DNA of 58,758 nucleotides, the filler included, from Sphacelaria rigidula (taxonomy: Eukaryota): NCBI GenBank assembly GCA_964200075.2. It is 8 parts of 8 records of this genome, joined end to end, with 100 filler letters (N's around TTAATTAATTAA, not from the genome) between each part and the next. Parts side by side here need not be neighbours in the genome. Positions count along the whole stretch, not along the records: positions 44,147 to 51,402 come from CAXNAA020015741.1; positions 51,503 to 58,758 come from CAXNAA020015742.1; 6 more parts are not named here. One strand, written 5' to 3'. A program made the position numbers and the translations under genes. Under the pieces are notes generated by a model. The model ran no database searches. It was given only the letters and a program-made list of their open reading frames with translations, and was not told the DNA's origin. Below are positions 49,451 through 58,758 of the stretch, piece by piece (position 1 is the first letter of the stretch; the number at the start of each line of letters is the position of its first letter).

Positions 49451-51260
49451 ATGCACGGCTTGCATAGCATGTGCGGATAACTTGATTTTGGACACATCGC
49501 TTAATCTCTCTCTCCCTTTCGAAGGGTTCGTTCGTCATCGAAATGTTCTCACGCGGTATTGGCCTTTGCTCCAAGGCTTTATTGTCGAACATTGGATCAG
49601 CATTTCCGCAGCTCGTTGATTTTTATCAAACTGTTTTACCTGTAAATAATACATCGTACATATACTGTAGGCAGAGAGGACTACACATATGAAAACGAAT
49701 TCAATAAGCGGATACGCGACTAGTAGGATGGTGATGATAGTAAAGTAGCAATGTTTCAAGAGCCAGGCAGTTTTACTTTGCGGTATTTTTACTTAAATCG
49801 ATTGATCATCTCTTATTGGATCTTCCTGAAATCACCGTTAGGTTGAAATACTCGTGTACTTGCACCAAAGGGAAATATAATATGCGCCCGAATTGTCCCC
49901 ATCGATTACCAACTAAAGGGGCGATCATCGCATTCTCGCCGATCAACCACCTCAAGCTAGACTGTTTGTTGTCTTTTTCGGTTGTGAAGACGTTGTTGAA
50001 GTCGCTGGGGCCGCCTGCACTGTCACCCGCAGAATACACACGGCGATGATGAATCAGAGCTCAAGGCTGGTGTTTTCAAGTATTCAAGGGGAACGATATC
50101 CCAAATGTCACTCTCAGGTGAGTATCAGCACTTCTGATTGTAGAATGGGTCGTCAGCCCGCGCGGTGCCGAACACCTCTTGCCTCACACCTCATACTCTT
50201 AGTTCATTTGTAACGCTAGCAATGCAGAGTATAGCTTTCGTCACAAACACCCATCATCCTGTCTCTAGCGGGACGGGCGCAGTGCATTCCAACCTGAGAC
50301 TGATGCTGCGATAGCTCCCCCTAGAAACATGGCTAGTTTGAGGAGGCAAAATCTGCATGAGAACCAAAATGGCAAAAGTCGGGCACTCTGAGCTGCTAAG
50401 AATGCCGACGCTAAGGATAGTTCTCGTCACAGTCGGCCATAGGAGGCGCTTTATGCGGTCTGAAACCAGCCGTCATGCGCGGGATGACCATTGTCTTCGT
50501 GACAGTTCCATTATCTTGGACCGAGTACCCCAAACAGCCCCCATAATCGGAACGGGATAATGATCACGAGCACTTTCAAGAATTGTCATGAATAAACAAC
50601 CATCAATCAAACCTCAATTTCCTCCCTCATATCGATCTGAAATCTCCCAGATCTCTCAAATCCACACACTTTCTGGAAGATATCAAAAACATTCGAAATC
50701 AAATAATTTCAGAAACAATCAGCCCCCTCAAGAATATATTCAATCAAATCTCACTTCATCTCAATAACTTCCTAACCCGCACCGAATACAATATTCCCCT
50801 GGGGAAAATATTCTCAACTCGAAAACAATACCGCGTCAAAAAAATAGTTCTGGCATTTACGCGCACCCTTGTGCTTGTGTGCCCATAATATTTGCGTATA
50901 CCGGAATTCTCTTCCTGGGGAATGCGGCAATTCATCACGACAGATTCCGTAGACAAAATCGTATTTCAACTATATCGACCAATTCCAACCAGGTTTCGGA
51001 AGCACAAAGGCCTCAAAGATGGCTTTGCAAACATGTGAAAAAAAACATCCTTCAATACATCATGAAGCATAATAGTACATGGCAAAGTAAAAAACTCCGC
51101 GTGTAAAGACGCAAAGCAAAACTCCCTCCAATGTTTACTCCCTATACTGTTGCTTGAACATCAAGACACTCTCAATTGAATGTTCAACAGCCCCCCAGCC
51201 CCCCTGCTACAAAACTATTCCTGCGTGTATAACAACCCCACCCCCCTTCCCGGTTTTGCT

Positions 51261-51330
51261 TGGTGCTCCGTCTCGAAAGGGATGAGTGATCAATGGTCGA
51301 AAGACTGAGGCAAGCAACGAATGAGTACGC
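51261..51330 (+). mobile_element. LINE 3' tip (family A)
   Basis: ggtgctccgtctcgaaagggatg...gaatgagtacgcc between C-rich tracts. Confidence 0.75.
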
Positions 51331-51548
51331 CGGCGCCCCCCCCCCGCCCACCATCGTTGGGAGAGAGGAAGTCGCGTAGCGGGGCGGGAAGGGGGAGGAG
51401 AGNNNNNNNNNNNNNNNNNNNNNNNNNNNNNNNNNNNNNNNNNNNNTTAATTAATTAANNNNNNNNNNNNNNNNNNNNNNNNNNNNNNNNNNNNNNNNNN
51501 NNCAAGCAAATCAGGATCATGGCTCCCCCCCCCCCCCCCCCCCCGACT

Positions 51549-51613
51549 TGCTCCGTCTCGGACGGGATGCGTGGTCAATAGTCAAACGACTAAGGCAAGC
51601 AAGGGATGAGTAC
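51549..51613 (+). mobile_element. LINE 3' tip (family A), in the intron of the LRR-type gene
   Basis: Poly-C, then tgctccgtctcg..gggatgcgtggtcaatagtcaaacgactaaggcaagcaagggatgagtac, then poly-C. Confidence 0.8.
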
Positions 51614-51701
51614 CCCCCCCCCCACAAACACACACTTCTCCCGCTTCTCAACCCTTCCCCTAACAAATCCTCACAGAGCATCATCTCGTCTATCCAATCA
51701 C

Positions 51702-52740
51702 CTGAAAGAGAAAATGCCGTGAGCTTTTTCGAGGCAACCAGCAACCTCAAAAGCCGGGCGCAGAGCTCATGCGGCATATGGTACGCCCGCGGCACATACA
51801 CCGTCCCGTGCGACTCCCAAGCGTCCACCATGGCCTCGAGGCAAAGATTCGACAATACCATCGTCTCTCCGGACGACAACAGCCGCCGCCGCCGCAGTCG
51901 CCCGCCGTCGGTCCCGGCTGCATCACACGCGTCCCCGGCCGCCTCCGGAGATCCCACCTCCGACCTCGTCTCGTCTGACTGTTGTTGCACCACCGCCTGG
52001 GGGTGGTCTCCTCGAACCTCGCCTTGTGCTCCATATCGTGGCCGATGCGGGCCTTCCATGTCCTGCGCGGCCGCTGGCGCCTGCCCGTACACGACTACTT
52101 GCGGAGCATTTCGGGGGACATCAACAGCGTTGAACATCTCTACTGCTGCTCCTTCCCCTCGCGCTCTCCGTCCTGCTCGTGGTGGTGGTGGCGGTAGCGG
52201 CGGAGGCGGCGGCGGAGGCGGTGGTGCTTGCAGTAGTCGCGGCCTTCGTTCTCGCGCGGTATCCATGACATTTCGACTACCGTTGTCATCATGAGCATCA
52301 CCATTACCATCAATATTATTTTCTCCATCTCCATCACCATCGGGACGGTAACCGATGCGGTCATCATTGCGATAGTCCCCGCGGGGTTGATTCCCCCCCG
52401 GCGGGGCTCTAGCCCCTGACCCTGCCCTCTCCTCAATCCCGCTCCGGCGCCGCGCCACCCTCACTTCTGCCGGCCCCGGTTCACCAACCCTCACAGCGCT
52501 GCCGTGAGACCCTCGTGCGACGGCGCTGCTGCCGGAAAACGCAAACTCGCTGAGACGCGCCGCCTGGTCATAGCGGCGACCCAGACCCCCGCCAACGATG
52601 CGGTGCGCGGTAACGGAGCGCAAACGCGGCCTTCCAGAGTAGGGAACGATGCCGTTAGTGCTGGCGTCTCCGTCGGTTTCGGCGGGGCCGTAGAATAGCG
52701 GGGCGCCGGGGCGCAGCCCCCGTGAGACGGGTTCAGGCAT
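51702..52740 (-). CDS. First exon (346 codons +1 nt) of a protein with a disordered Gly/Arg/Pro-rich N-terminus and the cap region typical of LRR (RNI-like) proteins
   Basis: Long GC-rich ORF from ATG 52740, with LSNLCLEAMV...MPHELCARLLRLLVASKKLTAFSLS, then donor CAG|gtgatt. The rest of the gene is off the contig. Confidence 0.75.
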
Positions 52741-53415
52741 ATATGTATGCGTGTCTGCTGTTGGAAGATTTTTCGGGTCGGGACGAATGAAAAGCACAAA
52801 CAACCGATAGCGGTGGGGAAAAGGATGGGGGGAGTGGGGGGGGAACAAGGGTCGTGTGGCGCGGGGTAAGTTTGATTGCTTTTGATGCTATTCGTCTGAT
52901 CGATTTTCTTCCTGCTTTTTTTCTTCCTTTTTTTTTCTCCTCCGGTTACACTTTTAACTCATTTCCGCGGGGCAAGTCTGATGTATTACGGGGTCCGTCC
53001 GTCCATCCATGTCCCGTCGATATGAACCTACCTGCCTCGATAGGCTGGCAGGTATCGTGGAATACTAGATCAACACTTTCAGAACTGTGTCGACTTGAAA
53101 AGGAAGAAAAAAGGCTGCTCGCGGAACTGTACATCGTCGCGTGTTCAACGGCGCAACGAGTGAAAAATGGGAGAGAAGAAAGCGTTACATGATAGTACTG
53201 CATCTGTTGGGACTCGAAGCTTTAACTCTGCCCCCCAAAAAGTTTCAAGATTCACCATTTTAATTTAGACCACCAGGGGGTGCATATTGACGAACTCGGC
53301 GATGGTCACAGCAAGAATAGTCAGGTAGGATAAACGGAAAACAGTCACTGACTAAAGGCACAGTACCTTCAGATTTTGCCCGATAGCATGGGGGGAGGAG
53401 GGAGGGGGGGGGGGG

Positions 53416-53507
53416 GTTACTCATGATCTTGCAAGCCATAGTCATATTGCCGCTGACCTTATCTCTCTAAAAAGCCGGGACGTAGCACGCCGAGTTTTCG
53501 CCGGACA
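53416..53507 (-). mobile_element. Family B 3' fragment between G-runs
   Basis: ggggttactcatgatcttgcaagccatagtcata...aaagccgggacgtagcacgccgagttttcgccggac. Confidence 0.7.
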
Positions 53508-54506
53508 TCCGGGGGTCTCCAGTGGCCGGGGGGTGTGGTTTTTGAGGGGGGGAGGGCGGAGTGGGGGGGTGTCTGTCGGCAGAGGAGCCGAAAAGCTCAC
53601 CAAGTCAACCATGTGTATTTGGAAGTTTCTCGCGGAAAATTATGAGCCGTGCACGAGGCCCGAGAGGCGCGGAATGCCCATTCTGACCAATCACAATCGT
53701 CAAAATGAGCACGTTCTTCCGGTTCGGGTGGACTAAATCGGACTAATTCGCTGTCTACCCCCACGACTCATTTTGGTCATGGGAAATCAACCATAGATTT
53801 ATCACATGAGTACAAATACAACGTGATTTGTATCCTGCTCGTGGTCTACGCCGCCTGCCTGACTCATCATGTGCTGCCAAAATAACTTCACACTGCCCGT
53901 AGTGTTCTTGTTGAGCACTAGGAAGAGGCACCAGCAGCATGCAGTACATTGTGTTCAGTGGAGAGTAATGGCACACTTATTCCGTCTCTTGCCGTTGTAT
54001 TCCGTGAAGACGTACAGCACACATACATACCGACTCTGCACGCAATTGACTGCAGGATCGACACTGGTCAGGGGCTTCCCGGTACTATTTTTTATTTAAA
54101 TGACAAATATCCACATATTCATAAAAAAAAGCGTTTTGTATTGTGACAAAGGAATGATTCTGAGCCCCAAAAGTGGCATAGTCCAACTCAGTCCATCTGC
54201 TGGGGGGTCGCTGTCAAAGTGTTAAAACACTTACGTAGTATCGTCACTGCTCTTGCTCAGAATTGAAGTTATCCCAACACGCACATTATGATCTAGCTCG
54301 ACCATCATGTTGACCGCAAAATAAACGCAAGCGTACAACACAAAAATGGTCTAGCTTACGCAGTGAGTGACGTGTTTCACAGCGTCATTGCCAACCGACA
54401 CCAACCCCATAGAAGGTTCGCCCCGACAAAGCCGAGACGGAGCACGCCGGGTTTCCGCCGGACCAGGCTCAGGTGGAGCGGGGTGGGCGCGGGGGGGGGT
54501 GAGGGG

Positions 54507-54866
54507 CGTACTCAATTGTTGATTGCCTTAGTCGTTTGACCATTGACCACGCGACCCTTTCAAGACGGAGCACCGTTCCTACTCCTAATGGAGAGACACT
54601 TCCAACATTGCGGCGCTCATTCCGTTCCTTCCATACATTGCACAAAAAACTTCTACATATCTTATTCCCATCCTGTTTTGCCGTCTGCGGCCACCATCTA
54701 TCTCCTCGTATAGTCATCGTTTTCTCCCTACTGTCTAATGCATCAAACAATTCCATGCCACCTTCGTTTACTTCCCACATTTCCCCCTATGACAAGTCAC
54801 GTTCCTCCTTGTATACTTCACATTCTGCCACTCCATGAGTTCTACTCTTTATTGCTTCACCACAGG
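54507..54866 (-). mobile_element. Longest family A copy: C-terminus of a LINE ORF2 plus 3' UTR
   Basis: Encodes CGEAI-ESRTH-VAECEVYKEER (CCHC-knuckle-type motif, one frameshift), then ..GDRWWPQTAKQDGNKICRSFLCNVWKERNER. Ends tgagtacgcccc. Confidence 0.8.
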
Positions 54867-55865
54867 GGGACGGAGGGAGGGGGGGGTGGGCGTAACTGTT
54901 CTCCCACAAGCGAAGCGATTGCCTCCATGATTTCGGTCGCCCAGCGTCGTGCATACTACATTATCGTACAGCACTTTTTTTCGTCTTGTCTACTCTGTTG
55001 TACTGTTTTACCTTTTCTGTTTCTTCCTATTTCTTCAGCGAGTGTATCAGTATTGTTTTGTTGTCTCGGGTGCGTCTATCATGTGGATAATGACCACGAC
55101 ATGACCACGACTCCTCGAGTGCGCATCACGTGGACAATGACCACGACTGGATCATGACTCCTGGGGGGTCAATGAAAGTGCTACTATCAACCAATAAGCA
55201 CAAGAGGGACTTCTGCAGTCATTCGTGCCAAATGGTGTATGACACAGCCGTGCAAACAGGTCAAAGATAACACAAGACGTGCTGCACTGGGGCACTCGTT
55301 GGGGCCACTGAAGTTGACGATTCACTATTATAGATATATGAATATACTATACCCCGACCGAGCGAGATTCTGTCGGACGAAACCAACCCGACATTAGCGA
55401 GGTTACTGCTCTGGATGCGCATCTCATACTGTAATACGAGTGCTTGTACTGTAAAGCGGAATATTCCCAATCGAGGGAATATGTGTATCATGGGAGCGAA
55501 AGAATTTCCAAACTGCCTTCATATTAAATTGAATTGAATCACCCATCAATAATCATGATACATGTGAGATGACGAACACCGAACAGAACTGGAGAGGCTC
55601 AACGCTTGGAACGTCTGTATCGCTGATACCGAACATCGAAGCGATTGTCATTCAACACGCTGAGAGAGAGGTAGGCAGACGTAGTATTATAGCAGGCGTG
55701 CAGAACGGCGGCCTGAACATCCAGCCAGCTCACTGTTCGATTGCAGGCAGTACGAGTGTTCAAGGTGGTACAACCGGAACACTGACTGTACTTTGTAGGG
55801 GTTGGGCCAGCTGACAGTGGTTTTTGAACGAAGAGTGGAGATGCCATTGGCACTTCGAAGAGTTG

Positions 55866-56046
55866 GGCCAACTCTTGCGGGAGCGTTCCTAATTTTATTT
55901 TGCAACAATTTCAGAGGAGTTTTTTCTTTTTCCCCTATCATCATGGTGAACTGGCACAAAATACACAACCACGGGAAGGGAAGAAAAAATAAGACGTTTA
56001 AAATTATTGCAAAATACAACTCCAAACGCTCCCATAAGAGTTGGCC
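55866..56046. mobile_element. Harbinger/Tourist-like MITE 1
   Basis: TIR ggccaactcttgcgggagcgtt / aacgctcccataagagttggcc. Flanks ttg/tta. Confidence 0.65.
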
Positions 56047-56049
56047 TTA

Positions 56050-56524
56050 GGCCATCTCTAATGGGAGCCGTTCAAAATTCCTGTCGAAAACTGCCTTTTG
56101 GACCCTTCTCCGTCGATTTACGCCCGAAAAGAGGGCTAGGCAGATGATGCTGACGCCTTGGAATGACTTGCTCTCGTACTCGTTGAGACCGTTCTAGGGC
56201 AACTTTGCATTTCCCGCTGGCCGCACTTTTGTTTTTGGCCAAATCAGGCCAAACACGGATTTTCAGTAAAAAACGGCCAGGTGATCAAAATCTCCCCCGT
56301 GTTTTGATCGCTAACCATTTTTCATTGGAAATCCATGTTTGGCCAAAAATAAAAGTGCGGCCAGCGGGAAATGCAAAGTTGCCCTAGAACGGTCTCATTG
56401 AGTAGAGCAAGTCATTCCAAGGCGTCATCATCGCCTAGCCCTCTTTTCAGGCGTAAAACGACGAGGAAGGGCCAAAGAGGCAGTTTTGAACGCAAAATTT
56501 GAACAGCTCCCATTAGAGTCGGTC
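56050..56524. mobile_element. Harbinger/Tourist-like foldback MITE 2
   Basis: ggccatctctaatgggagc / gctcccattagagtcggtc. Perfect 47-bp inverted block 56184-56230/56351-56397. Flanks tta/ttg. Confidence 0.75.
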
Positions 56525-56710
56525 TTGAGGTGCTGAAATTGTGACACGACATTTCCATCATCAACCCGCGCAACCCGAATTAGTAGTGCAGAGGAAAAAA
56601 AAAAAAAATCGAGCAAGCCGAAGTTTCAGCAAAATCTGGGAAAAAACAATAACAACCGTANNNNNNNNNNTACTAAAAAAAAAAAAAAAAAAAACAAAAA
56701 ACAAACAAAG

Positions 56711-56750
<40 letters not shown>

Positions 56751-57431
56751 GAGCAAGTTGAAGTTTCAGCAAAACCAGGGAAAATGCTATAACTTCCGTA
56801 AAAATGGATAAAAACGACGACAAAGCTCCAATACATACGCGCCCTTGCATCAACGCCATCCTGGTAAATTTTTGGCCAAAAATACCTCAAATTGGGCTTC
56901 GCGTCGCACTTTTCGTGTGCCACGGCTGCGCCCGTTTAATTCAAGTGATACAGGAGACTCCAATTGTGGAGGTCATGAGTTCGAATCCCGACAGACTTAT
57001 TTTTCTCCCGTCCGTCGTTAAGCCTATATATATTATGCGGTGCATTTTTTTTCCTGTATTTTTTTCTTCACTCAGCGGCGGTGCCGTGTGTTATCAGGTT
57101 GGTCTGCTCTTCACAGCGATACGCTCAAGTCGCCTGGATTCGGAAAACTTGAGAAGTTGTGGTGTGGAAAGCGAATGCGGAATTTACTGCTGGCCCAGCT
57201 CGTACTAATTTACTGTGAGCATCCTGGGAGGGGTCGCATCGCTTTCTTTATCCTTCTTGTGCAGGCGTGGGTGTAATGTGTGTACACGGCTAGCGAGGCA
57301 GGCGTCTGTCCCGAGAGTGAGAGCGGACAGTACCCGAAAATGTTAAAATACAACAACCAAAGAGCACCCGCCTTTCCCCTGCGGCGTTATTTTGAGGTCT
57401 ACCAACGCACACTTTGCCCAAGAGAACCTAT

Positions 57432-57912
57432 CACGGTTCGGACGAATCATCCCCGGGTCGAATCACCAAATCCATGATTTTCCAGGCCTGATTGCTCAAC
57501 AAAGAAGAAAACAAAATGACCGCTGGTGAAAAAGTCTCAACGGAATTTTTGCGCCATTCCATTCCACGTGCCTGGGCTGCGCGTACCTGGGCTGCAACGC
57601 TAAAAACAAAGCCTGAGGAATGATTTGTACGGTACGAATCAATGACCCTAAAATCAAGTAATTTCCAGACGAATCATTCAAGGGCAGGTCGAGTAGAGTA
57701 TACTCAATTACGGGGTATTTTGAAAGTCGTACCTCAAGTACATAAATTGGGGGTAGGGTTTTAAGGATCGCTTTCCAGTTAATTTTTGGGTACGACTCCC
57801 AACACTCTACCCTAATTTGAGTACCCCAAGTACGTCTTTCAAGATAGCCCGCAATTGAGTATACTCTACTCGACCTGCCCTTGGAATCATACATTTATCG
57901 TCCCGACCCTTG
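57432..57912. mobile_element. hAT-like element F
   Basis: Perfect 8-bp TSD gaacctat (57424-57431, 57913-57920). Homologous to 1825-2668. Confidence 0.75.
57679..57883. mobile_element. 205-bp hAT MITE nested in F
   Basis: Perfect 31-bp TIR caagggcaggtcgagtagagtatactcaatt. TSD gaatcatt/gaatcata. Empty sites at ~70-95 and ~2640-2668. Confidence 0.85.
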
Positions 57913-58758
57913 GAACCTATGCACCCCCCTTGCCCGAGGGTCTCGTACGCCTTGGGCTCGGGGTTGGGGTTCTAGGGTTAGCGATATTGTTAGGTTGTTC
58001 GAAAAAATCAGCCATAAATATCATACGAGCTGGGCCAGCCAACAATGGGTAGTTTTCTCACTCAGGCAACGCACGGCGCGATTTCACGAGTTGGACGGTG
58101 AAATTTTGACAGCAGCTTATCACGATTGACATGCAGAATATGACGAGAGCATCAAGGAAAAAAACAAAAAACAAAAAACAAAAAACAAAAAACAGGAAGT
58201 TATGGGGATTTGAAATTTCAGCAAAAACAAAGTAATGTCATAAGTCCAGCAAAAAAATGAGAATCTGCAGCTGCTCCCGGGATGTTTCACTTCCTCGGGT
58301 GCAGGAGGTGTTCGTGAAATTTCAGCTCACGGGTTGTCAAGTTCGGCCGTGCGTGCAACGTTTTGCGTGACGCTGCTGCACCCCACATATACCTAGTGCG
58401 GGGTCGTGAACCCACCACATGAGAAAATAAGAAAAAGCACTCCGACACGCAGTCGCCCAACGACATGAGACACGCCCAGTACTCTATGCAGTACAATAAC
58501 GTCATCGGCAATACGACGCCGATCGAACAGCGACGCAGTCCACTGTCATCAGGTGGGTCTGCAGTTCACAGTGATATGCGTACATCGGGTTCATTGGGGA
58601 AACTGGGGAAGGTGTGGTGTGAGCAGCTTCTATATTAGCCGCTTTTAACCTTTGGACCGCGAGGGTACGAGCTGGGCCAGCTTAAAAGCTCCACAGCTTC
58701 CCCAGTTTCCCGAATGAACCCGATGTAAGGATATCACTGTGAACTGCTGAACCGCCTG

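Noticed and set aside
51517-51701. C-terminal part of the 443-aa ORF
   Set aside because: It lies past a splice donor and runs through a LINE tip and poly-C, so it is intronic read-through.
53009-53130. Divergent gene start MSRRYEPTCLDRLA/ELCRLEKEEKRLLAEL
   Set aside because: It requires a 31-nt intron and has no further support.

Overview
Eukaryotic, repeat-rich DNA of roughly balanced GC with sparse short exons. It is most consistent with a brown alga/stramenopile, which is an inference from exon style and repeat content. The window is not one locus. It is eight contigs of 7259-7256 bp, sorted by decreasing length and joined by 100-nt N44-TTAATTAATTAA-N44 linkers, so nothing can be linked across those gaps. 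Contents: (i) one contig made wholly of a ~700-bp tandem repeat built from a 15-bp GACGACTCCACCACT (DDSTT) sub-repeat, each unit holding a possible frame-symmetric exon; (ii) a family of 5'-truncated LINE 3' ends, plus a ~310-bp partner element sharing their last ~70 bp, both ending ATGAGTAC-poly(C) and sitting in C-tracts, with TSDs in two copies; (iii) tRNA-headed SINEs and retroposon tips ending GACAA+microsatellite; (iv) many non-autonomous DNA transposons and foldbacks with hAT-, Sola-, Harbinger-, piggyBac- and CACTA-like termini, several nested, and a 2.2-kb palindrome; (v) a few exons: the first exon of an LRR-type protein, a 3-exon putative secreted Ig-like protein, and a decayed gag-protease relic. 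No prokaryotic operon, CRISPR array, rRNA or intact tRNA was seen.
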